NCBI GenBank assembly: GCA_022451965.1
Contig: JAKUNJ010000008.1
Span: 8,931 to 72,930 of the forward strand
Direction of reading: 5' to 3'
DNA length: 64,000 nucleotides
Source: Dehalococcoidia bacterium
GTDB lineage: Bacteria > Chloroflexota > Dehalococcoidia > Lucifugimonadales > Lucifugimonadaceae
This document shows positions 56,418 through 64,000 of this stretch, piece after piece. Within the stretch, counting starts at the first letter, position 1; each line of letters begins with the position of its first letter. A program made the position numbers and the translations under genes. The notes below the pieces were generated by a model, which was given only the letters and a program-made list of their open reading frames with translations, ran no database searches and was not told the origin of the DNA.

Positions 56418-56483
56418 TTCCTAGTTGATTTATCCTTTTTTTAATTTATTTATATTAGTATCATTCTAGCATTTTTTAGTATG

Positions 56484-58214
56484 TTAATGTGGTTGATTTT
56501 TTATATTTTTAAAGAATTCAATTATTTGTTCAATATTAACAGTATGTGTTTTATCATTATCTCTATCATATAATTCTAATAAACCATTAGCTAAATTTCT
56601 TTTTGAAACAACTATTCTGTATGGTAGAGATAATAAGTCAGAGTCATTAAACTTAACTCCAGTTTGAATATCTCTGTCATCAAATAATAAATCAAACCCC
56701 ATTTCTGATAAAACGGAATAAACCTTTTCTGAAAGTTTCATCACTTCATCGTCATTTGTTTGTAAAGCAGCTAAATATATAGAAAAGGGAGAAATAGATA
56801 ATGGTAAATTCATTTTATTCTCAGAATTATTTGCTTCTATACACGCTGCTAATAGTCTTCCAACTCCAATGCCATAACATCCCATCAATATATCTTTATA
56901 TTGACCATCTTTATCTGAAAACTTAGCACCCATTTTGGAAGTGTAGGAAGTACCTAACTTAAAAACATGACCTACTTCAATTCCCTTTTTAGCTATTAAT
57001 TTCGATCGTTCTTTAGATAAGTAACCTTCTTTAGCCTCGGCTATATCAACAAATTCTGCAATGACTAGATCTCTCTCAATATTAAAACCTTTGTAGTGTT
57101 TTTCAGAAATATTTGAACCAATTATAAAATTACCCGGCCCTAAGTTTACTGACTCATCATATAAAAAACTTATATTTTTTATATTAACTGGAGATATATA
57201 GCCAGGTATGAATCCTTCTTTTATAATTTCATTATCTGAGGCAATTTTAAGATTAGTAGCTTTGATATGATTTCTTATTTTTGTTTCATTTAATGTGTAA
57301 TCAGATCTAATCACACATCCTATTAATTTATCATCTGCTTTATAAATTATAGTTTTTAGAATCTTATTATTTTCAATTGATAAAAATTTTCTTAGGTCAT
57401 CTATAGTTTTACAATTTGGAGTATCTATTAGTTCAAGTTTTTCATTGCGTTCTAATGTATATTCTTGTTTTAAGAAAACAGCTTTCTCTGAATTAGCTGC
57501 ATAATTTTTATCCTCACTCAACAGCACAATATCTTCACCACTTTCAGCTAGCATTATAAATTCGTTAGATTCCTTACCACCTATAGCTCCAGAATCAGCA
57601 TCAACAATCACAACATCTGTTGAACATCTTTGAAAAATATTGTTATAAGCTTCAATCATTTTTTTATAGGAAATATCCAACCCTTCTTCATTAATATCAA
57701 AAGAATAAGCATCTTTCATTTCAAATTCTCTTACTCTCAACAAACCAGCTCTTGGTCTTGGTTCTTCTCTATATTTAGTTTGGATTTGATACAAAGTAAA
57801 AGGTAGATCTCTGTATGAATTTACATTTTTTGAAACTAAATCAGTCACAGTTTCTTCATGCGTAGGAGCTATAACCATATCGTTATTTCTTCTATCAGAA
57901 AATCTTGCCAGAGGTGGAATGAATGTATCGATTCTGTCTGATTTATTCCATAAATCTGAAGGTTGAACAACTGGCATATTAATTTCTAATGCTCCAGATT
58001 TATTCATTTCTTCTCGTATAATATTTTTTATTTTTTCTATTGATCTCCATCCTATTGGAAGAAAACTAAAAATACCACTTGAAACTTGAGAAATGAAACC
58101 GGATCTATGCAGCAATCTATGACTTTCAGTTTCTATGTTTTGAGGATCCTCTCGATAAGTTTTCCAAAAGTAATTACTTAATTTTTTTGAACCTAAAAAT
58201 GAATTAATATTCAT
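56484..58214 (-). CDS. proS: Proline--tRNA ligase (bacterial type with editing insertion)
   Basis: 576 aa with class II motifs (FRDEPRPRAGLLRVREF-like YREEPRPRAGLLRVREF, GCYGIGVGR) and an INS domain. Confidence 0.95.
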   Translation of the reverse strand: MNINSFLGSKKLSNYFWKTYREDPQNIETESHRLLHRSGFISQVSSGIFSFLPIGWRSIEKIKNIIREEMNKSGALEINMPVVQPSDLWNKSDRIDTFIPPLARFSDRRNNDMVIAPTHEETVTDLVSKNVNSYRDLPFTLYQIQTKYREEPRPRAGLLRVREFEMKDAYSFDINEEGLDISYKKMIEAYNNIFQRCSTDVVIVDADSGAIGGKESNEFIMLAESGEDIVLLSEDKNYAANSEKAVFLKQEYTLERNEKLELIDTPNCKTIDDLRKFLSIENNKILKTIIYKADDKLIGCVIRSDYTLNETKIRNHIKATNLKIASDNEIIKEGFIPGYISPVNIKNISFLYDESVNLGPGNFIIGSNISEKHYKGFNIERDLVIAEFVDIAEAKEGYLSKERSKLIAKKGIEVGHVFKLGTSYTSKMGAKFSDKDGQYKDILMGCYGIGVGRLLAACIEANNSENKMNLPLSISPFSIYLAALQTNDDEVMKLSEKVYSVLSEMGFDLLFDDRDIQTGVKFNDSDLLSLPYRIVVSKRNLANGLLELYDRDNDKTHTVNIEQIIEFFKNIKNQPH

Positions 58215-59420
58215 TTATATCCCCCATTTATTTTGAACATAAGTTTCAACCATTTCAATAAACTCATTAGATATATTTTGTCCTTTAAGAATCTTCACTT
58301 TTTTCCCATCTATAAACACAGGAGCCACAGGACTTTCACCAGAACCTGGTAAAGAAACTCCTATATTTGCTGCTTTTGATTCACCTGGTCCATTAACAAC
58401 ACATCCCATAACTGCAACTTTTAACTCTTCAGAGCCAGGAAAATCTTTTTTCCATTCTTTGTTCTTACGATCTAAATGATCTTTTATTTCTGAAGCTAAT
58501 TCTCGAAAATAAGTTGAGGTAGTCCTTCCACAACCTGGACAAGCAGTTACTTGAGGTTTAAAGGTTCTTATACCTAATGATTGTAAAATTTCTTGGCATA
58601 ATTCAACTTCCCTGGACCTCAGAGCTCCCACCTCAGGAGTAAGAGAGGATCTAATAGTATCCCCTATCCCTTCTTCAATCAAGATAGATAATGCTGCTGA
58701 AGTAGCAACAATTGATTTCATTCCTAAACCTGCTTCAGTTAAACCTAAATGCAGAGGAGCAGAACATTGTTTAGAAATTTCTCTGTAGCAGTGTACCATC
58801 TGATTTAGTCTAGAAACCTTACACGAAATAATAATATTATTTTTACTTAATCCAAAATCAATTGCTTTTTCATATGAAATAATTGCACTTGAAATTAATG
58901 CTTCTGATTCTACTTCTTCTGCACTCTTAGGTATTTTTAATTTATTATTTTCTTCCATTTTTATATTTAATAGTTCTTGATCCAGAGATCCTGCGTTTAC
59001 TCCGATTCGAACTGGCTTATTTAGATCTTTAGCGATATCTATAAAGGTTTTAAAATTATCATCTTTTCTATTTCCTGTTCCTAAATTACCTGGATTTATT
59101 CTATACTTATCTAGATTCTCAGCACAACTAGGAACTGATCTTAAGATCTTATGGCCAATAAAATGAAAATCTCCAATTATAGGCACATTTATACCCTTAT
59201 CAGTTAATATATTCTTTATATCAGTTATTGCTTTAGCAGATTCAATATTATTTACAGTTACTCTTACAAGCTCTGATCCTGCATTATATAATTCCTGAAT
59301 TTGATTTACTGTTTTATTTACATCAGCAGTATCAGTATCTGTCATAGATTGTACGACAATTGGATTATTACCTCCAACTTTTACATTGCCTACATTTACC
59401 ACATGGGTAATTTTTCTCAT
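58215..59420 (-). CDS. ispG: 4-hydroxy-3-methylbut-2-en-1-yl diphosphate synthase
   Basis: 401 aa with VQSMT, RINPGN and the cluster Cys motifs CPGCGRT and GCVVNGPGE. Confidence 0.95.
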   Translation of the reverse strand: MRKITHVVNVGNVKVGGNNPIVVQSMTDTDTADVNKTVNQIQELYNAGSELVRVTVNNIESAKAITDIKNILTDKGINVPIIGDFHFIGHKILRSVPSCAENLDKYRINPGNLGTGNRKDDNFKTFIDIAKDLNKPVRIGVNAGSLDQELLNIKMEENNKLKIPKSAEEVESEALISSAIISYEKAIDFGLSKNNIIISCKVSRLNQMVHCYREISKQCSAPLHLGLTEAGLGMKSIVATSAALSILIEEGIGDTIRSSLTPEVGALRSREVELCQEILQSLGIRTFKPQVTACPGCGRTTSTYFRELASEIKDHLDRKNKEWKKDFPGSEELKVAVMGCVVNGPGESKAANIGVSLPGSGESPVAPVFIDGKKVKILKGQNISNEFIEMVETYVQNKWGI

Positions 59421-59434
59421 TTTTTCTCCACTTT

Positions 59435-60988
59435 CTATAATCTAGAAATATCTCTAAATGAAATATAAAATATCAATAATATTAGTATAATGAATCCAAC
59501 ACCATGAATATATGATTCAACTCTCTCAGGAACCTTTTTGCCTCTTCTTAATATTTCAATAAATAGAAATGCCAACCTACCTCCGTCTAAAGCAGGAAAT
59601 GGTAACAAATTAATTACAGCAAGAGAAAGACTAATTGAGGAAGCAAGTGTAAATAAAATTAAAATTCTTTCTGAAATTAAGATTGATGAAGTTGCTACAT
59701 CTCCACTAATTTTTCCTAATCCAATTGGACCAATAGCTCTAGGGCCATCAAATATTGGATTACTTGATCTATTAATTATCCCAATTATTGATAGATAACT
59801 TAAGTGATAGATATCAAGCGCACTTCTTGTTGCATTGGAAATATTATCACTTAAATCTTCTTTATATTTTCTAGAATTATTAGAGTTTACTAATATACCA
59901 ACCGATCCTTCTTGAATAGTATCTCTAATCCCTGATCTATTATCTATTTTTCTGGCCAAATCTAATGGAATACCTTCCTCAGATTCATCAAAGACTATTG
60001 GAATTTGCTCTCCTATCTCTGCATCTTCATTATAAATTATGGCCTGAGATAAGGGTATATAACCCTCTTTTACTGTTTCAGAAACTTCAAAATATGTAAT
60101 AGTACCTGAATACTGATCATACAATCTTGCTTGATTTAAGGTTATATCTTCTCCAATTTTATGAATTGGAGGGTCCCATCTAGATTCAATCATAACTGAT
60201 AAAAAATTATCGTCAGAATAATCATAATTAGACTTTTCTCCAGGTCCCATAAATACTTTAGGTATCCCTCTTGAAATTCTCCAGTTTGATTTATCTCCTA
60301 AATTTTTAGTTGTAATATTTTGTAAGTCAGAAATAGAGTGTACATCAACATTATTTATGGAAATCACCTTGTCTCCTGATCTAAGTCCAGAGTTATACGC
60401 TGGAGAATCTTCCATAACACCCTGAATAACTACATCTGAAATATCTTTTTCTGTTATGAATATATTTATACTGAAGATCATTATAAAAGGTAATAAAAAA
60501 TTAATGAAAGCACCTGAAAAAATTATTATGAATCTTCCAAATTTGGATGCTTGACTCAAAGAGTCTTTAGACTTGTTACTTTCTTCACCAAATAACTTTA
60601 CAAAACCTCCAAAAGGTATGATATTCAAACTCCATAACATAGTTTTTACACCTATTTTGTTATTAAATATTTCAATTAGCTTAACTGGGATATAACTACT
60701 TATGTTATCTATGTTTCTTGTTTTAGAAAGACTTGTAACTTTTCTATGATCATCTAATTTTATATAGATAATTTCATTTTTATTTAAGTTTGATATGTCT
60801 GTATTGCTTTCTAATGTAAATTCCTTGTAAGTTGTCCATATACTTAAGAATTTTGGAGGGAATCCAATACCAAACTCCAAAACTCTAACCCCATAGTATT
60901 TGGCGGTTAAGTAATGTCCTAATTCATGCAAAACCACAAGAGGAGTTATCATCAAGGATAATGTTATTACACTAATAAATAATTGCAT
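59435..60988 (-). CDS. rseP: RseP/RasP-type site-2 metalloprotease (M50) with extra insertions
   Basis: 517 aa with HELGHY in the first TM, IPFGGFVKL, a PDZ domain (GLRSGDKVISINN) and the C-terminal NLLPFPALDGG. Confidence 0.8.
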   Translation of the reverse strand: MQLFISVITLSLMITPLVVLHELGHYLTAKYYGVRVLEFGIGFPPKFLSIWTTYKEFTLESNTDISNLNKNEIIYIKLDDHRKVTSLSKTRNIDNISSYIPVKLIEIFNNKIGVKTMLWSLNIIPFGGFVKLFGEESNKSKDSLSQASKFGRFIIIFSGAFINFLLPFIMIFSINIFITEKDISDVVIQGVMEDSPAYNSGLRSGDKVISINNVDVHSISDLQNITTKNLGDKSNWRISRGIPKVFMGPGEKSNYDYSDDNFLSVMIESRWDPPIHKIGEDITLNQARLYDQYSGTITYFEVSETVKEGYIPLSQAIIYNEDAEIGEQIPIVFDESEEGIPLDLARKIDNRSGIRDTIQEGSVGILVNSNNSRKYKEDLSDNISNATRSALDIYHLSYLSIIGIINRSSNPIFDGPRAIGPIGLGKISGDVATSSILISERILILFTLASSISLSLAVINLLPFPALDGGRLAFLFIEILRRGKKVPERVESYIHGVGFIILILLIFYISFRDISRL

Positions 60989-60990
60989 TA

Positions 60991-62124
60991 TTATAAAATT
61001 TTTATTTCTTTAGAAACTTTATTTCTTAAGTAATCTCTTACTTCAATTATATTATCTAGAGTGAATTTTTGATCGAATTTTTCATTACATAATAATTTTT
61101 CAAGATAAATAGGAATTGAAATATATGAAATTTTTTCTTCGATAAATAAATTAACAAGAATTTCATTAAGAATAGATAGTGCTGAGATGTATAGATTACC
61201 TCTAAGTATATAGTCTAGAGAAAAGTCATAACAAGGATATTGAGACCTATCTACTTGAGAAAAAGTTAAGTTACTAAGTTTTGAAAAATCAATTTTATTT
61301 TTGTAATCTAAATTAAAGTTTGGATAGTCAATTGCATATTGAATGGGGAGCTTCATGTCAGGTTTTGAGAGCTGAGCTTTAACTGAACCATCCATAAACT
61401 CAACCATTGAATGTACAATACTTTCTCTGTGTATTAGGACATCAATATCTTGAAAATCGATATCAAACATATATGATGTTTCTACTATTTCAAAAATTTT
61501 ATTCATCATAGTTGAAGAATCAACCGTAATTTTTTTACCCATCTTCCAGTTTGGATGAGATGTTGCCTCAGCAGGAGTAACGTTACTAAGTTCCTCATAT
61601 TTTTTATCCCTAAAAATTCCACCAGAAGCAGTTAAGACTATTTTTGATACTTTTCTATAATCACCATTGATGCATTGCCAAATAGCAGAAGGCTCTGAAT
61701 CAACAGGAAATATTTTAGTTTTATTTTTTTTAGCAATATCAAACAGTAGTGGCCCAAAGGTGACTATCACTTCTTTATTAGTTAGACCAATATTTACACC
61801 ATTTCTAACTGCTTTAAAAATTACTTCATGAGCATCAGAACCAAATGAAGCAAAAAGGATAAAATCAACTTCTTCAATAGATACTAAATCTTTTGAATCA
61901 ATAAGATTTGAGCCTGGAATATTATATTCTTTTTTTTCTAAATTATCATAATATTTAGGATTTAATTCCAAAACCTGATTTTTATGTTTCTCTAAATTTT
62001 TGCCAGCTGTCAATCCTAATATTTCAATTGAGCTTTCATTTCTAAGTACATCAATTGTTTGTTCACCGATAGAACCTGTAGAACCTATTATTACAACTTT
62101 TTTCATGTTAAAAAGAATATCCAA
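60991..62124 (-). CDS. dxr: 1-deoxy-D-xylulose 5-phosphate reductoisomerase
   Basis: 377 aa with GSTGSIG, PVDSEPSAI and HPNWKMG. ATG at MKKVVIIGS is an alternative start. Confidence 0.9.
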   Translation of the reverse strand: MDILFNMKKVVIIGSTGSIGEQTIDVLRNESSIEILGLTAGKNLEKHKNQVLELNPKYYDNLEKKEYNIPGSNLIDSKDLVSIEEVDFILFASFGSDAHEVIFKAVRNGVNIGLTNKEVIVTFGPLLFDIAKKNKTKIFPVDSEPSAIWQCINGDYRKVSKIVLTASGGIFRDKKYEELSNVTPAEATSHPNWKMGKKITVDSSTMMNKIFEIVETSYMFDIDFQDIDVLIHRESIVHSMVEFMDGSVKAQLSKPDMKLPIQYAIDYPNFNLDYKNKIDFSKLSNLTFSQVDRSQYPCYDFSLDYILRGNLYISALSILNEILVNLFIEEKISYISIPIYLEKLLCNEKFDQKFTLDNIIEVRDYLRNKVSKEIKIL

Positions 62125-62798
62125 AAAAAGAAAGTAAAACTAGGTAAAATTGAATCCAGTCTATCTAATATTCCTCCATGACCATAGAAAATATTTGAAA
62201 AATCATCAATACTTAAGATTCTTTTTATTTTTGAAACTGCTAGATCACCTAATATACTTGTAATGACTATTCCTATTGAGGTTATAAATATTATAAATAT
62301 TCCTATATCATCCAAATAATTTTTACTTAAGAAATAAAGAATAAAAAAGCCAAATAAAAAACCAAATATAACTGAACCTATGTAACCTTCAATAGTTTTA
62401 TTGGGTGATATTTTCACAAGAAAACTTAGCTTAGATTTCCCAAAAAGTTTACCAAAAATATATCCAAAAGAATCTACAGAAAAAACTTGAAATAGAACAA
62501 AGAAAAAATAAAGTTTCCAATTTTCTGTCATATTTTCAATAGCAATAACATGAATAAAAAAAATAATATAAATCAAAATGAATAAATAAAATTTATAATT
62601 TCTAGATTTTAGATTATTAATTAGTTGCTTTATTATTTCTAAAAAAAATAATATTAAAGCAGTTAGAACCAAAGGATGAATTGTAAAACCAAGAAATTTT
62701 ATAAATGAAATAGTGGGTAAAAATTCAAACCCAAGTATCATTACAAATATTCCAACAATTGATGTGATTAATCTTTTTGAACTATTTCTAATTTCCAA
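62103..62798 (-). CDS. cdsA: Phosphatidate cytidylyltransferase
   Basis: 231 aa, multi-TM, with the C-terminal signature GDLAVSKIKR....DFSNIFYGHGGILDRLDS. Confidence 0.75.
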   Translation of the reverse strand: MEIRNSSKRLITSIVGIFVMILGFEFLPTISFIKFLGFTIHPLVLTALILFFLEIIKQLINNLKSRNYKFYLFILIYIIFFIHVIAIENMTENWKLYFFFVLFQVFSVDSFGYIFGKLFGKSKLSFLVKISPNKTIEGYIGSVIFGFLFGFFILYFLSKNYLDDIGIFIIFITSIGIVITSILGDLAVSKIKRILSIDDFSNIFYGHGGILDRLDSILPSFTFFFWIFFLT

Positions 62799-63477
62799 AA
62801 TTTCTTTTCCTTAGGGAATAATTACTAATAATTCTTTCTAAATCATTTATTTTAAAATCAGGCCAAAATTTATCTTCAAAATAAAGCTCAGCATATGCAG
62901 CTTGCCACAAAAGAAAATTTGAAAGCCTTTTTTCACCACCTGTTCGAATTATCATATCAGGATCAGGATAATCTTTACTCATCAGATTTGAAGAAAAAAT
63001 TTCCTCATCTATAGAGATAATTTTTTTTTGTATAATTTTATTAACTGCATTTATAATTTCGTTTCTGGCGCCATAATTAAATGCTATTGACAGAAAGAAT
63101 TCATTGTTGTTTTTAGTTAATTCCTCAGATTTTTTTATTTTTTGAATCATTTCAGTTGATAAGTTTTTCTTGTCACCCAAATGAGTTATATTTATATTAT
63201 TTTGACTTAGTTCTTCTGATTCCTTAATTATTACCTCAAGAGCTAAATTCATTATGAAATTTACCTCTTTCAAAGGTCTATTCCAATTTTCAGTTGAAAA
63301 AGCAAAAAGAGTAAGATATTTAACTCCAAGTTTTTTTGCCATAAGAGTTATAGATTTTATATTTTGATAACCCTTAATATGCCCCTCTGACCTATCTAGA
63401 TGTTTTTCTAGAGCCCATCTACCATTTCCATCCATAATAATAGCTAAGTGTTTGGGGACAGAATTATTATCAGACAT
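62788..63477 (-). CDS. uppS: Undecaprenyl diphosphate synthase (cis-prenyltransferase)
   Basis: 229 aa with HLAIIMDGNGRWA, FAFSTENW and IRTGGEKRLSNFLLWQ. Confidence 0.9.
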   Translation of the reverse strand: MSDNNSVPKHLAIIMDGNGRWALEKHLDRSEGHIKGYQNIKSITLMAKKLGVKYLTLFAFSTENWNRPLKEVNFIMNLALEVIIKESEELSQNNINITHLGDKKNLSTEMIQKIKKSEELTKNNNEFFLSIAFNYGARNEIINAVNKIIQKKIISIDEEIFSSNLMSKDYPDPDMIIRTGGEKRLSNFLLWQAAYAELYFEDKFWPDFKINDLERIISNYSLRKRNFGN

Positions 63478-63479
63478 AA

Positions 63480-64000
63480 TTATACTTGCATTATTTCAGA
63501 TTCTTTTGAATTAGCTTCATTTTCTATGTTTTTTATTGAATCATCCGTTATCTTCTGCAAATCAGTGGATGCTCTTCTGGAGTCATCTTCTGAGCAATTA
63601 CCTTCTTTTTCAAGTTTTCTGATTTCATCTTGACCATCTCTTCTGATATTCCTTATTGATACTTTTGATTGCTCAGTACGCTGTTTCAAAACTTTTACAA
63701 CATCTTTTCTAGTCTCCTCAGTCATAGGAGGGATATTTACTCTAATTAAATCACTCTCAATTTGTGGGGTTATACCCAAATCAGAATTCTGTATAGACTT
63801 AGCTATAATTTGAACAGCAGTTTTATCCCAAGGTTGAACAGTCATACTTCTCTGATCGCTTAGTGAAATCTGAGAAAGTTGATTCAAAGGCATAATTGAT
63901 CCGTGATAGTCAACTTTAATATTTTCTAATAAACTTGTTGTAGCTCTCCCAGTACGAATAGATTTTATATCCTCAACAAAAAAATCACACGATGATTTCA
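63480..64000 (-). CDS. frr: Ribosome recycling factor (5' end beyond window)
   Basis: The track ORF from Met 63893 continues in frame to the window edge (..DFFVEDIKSIRTGRATTSLLENIKVDYHGSIMPLNQL..), matching the RRF N-terminal region. The true start lies outside the window. Confidence 0.9.
   Translation of the reverse strand, partial: KSSCDFFVEDIKSIRTGRATTSLLENIKVDYHGSIMPLNQLSQISLSDQRSMTVQPWDKTAVQIIAKSIQNSDLGITPQIESDLIRVNIPPMTEETRKDVVKVLKQRTEQSKVSIRNIRRDGQDEIRKLEKEGNCSEDDSRRASTDLQKITDDSIKNIENEANSKESEIMQV

Overview
Strongly AT-rich (about 30% G+C by eye, not computed), very densely coded bacterial chromosome segment. I count about 63 protein-coding genes (two truncated at the window edges), 2 tRNAs, 1 TPP riboswitch, and almost no intergenic DNA. 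I saw no rRNA, CRISPR array, transposase/integrase or prophage signal, and no recognisable defence, toxin-antitoxin or secretion system.

Content falls into two groups:
- Core housekeeping blocks: frr-uppS-cdsA-dxr-rseP-ispG-proS, then nusA-infB-rbfA-truB-nhaA; prs-secA-(orphan)-valS; pdhABC-thyX-coaX-coaBC; acnA, fhs, folD, ispH, gpmA.
- Accessory, catabolic-looking genes: three enolase-superfamily (mandelate racemase/galactonate dehydratase-like) paralogs, two lactonase-type beta-propellers, three paralogous OFA-like MFS transporters plus one DHA2-like MFS, Zn-ADH and SDR dehydrogenases, a small sulfite-oxidase-fold Mo protein with an FNR-like partner, and an orphan XdhC/MocA pair.

Only one transcription factor is encoded (a PhoB/PhoP-type response regulator with PhoR, next to pstCA). 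The other regulatory signals visible are the TPP riboswitch and a few conspicuous dyad-symmetric sites.

The gene order of the 50.6-64 kb block, an LprG-like lipoprotein/MFS pair and a Bacillus-type Pho box suggest a streamlined Terrabacteria lineage, for example a low-GC marine actinobacterium or a Chloroflexota relative. That is inference only and needs a database search.

Most noteworthy observations:
- valS can only be complete if it starts at a non-canonical codon, probably ATT with a good SD.
- An orphan 237-aa gene is embedded in the prs-secA-valS operon.
- A coupled enolase / Mo-protein / flavoprotein module lies near the orphan XdhC-MocA pair.
- A GC-containing palindrome cluster sits in front of an MFS-fhs pair.
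- A perfect 18-bp inverted repeat lies in a divergent promoter region.
- The pst locus is incomplete, has a consensus Pho box, and is followed by an EVE-domain gene.
- A weak intrinsic terminator lies directly in front of nusA.

Nothing here amounts to a clearly new multi-gene system. All candidates are hypotheses to test.
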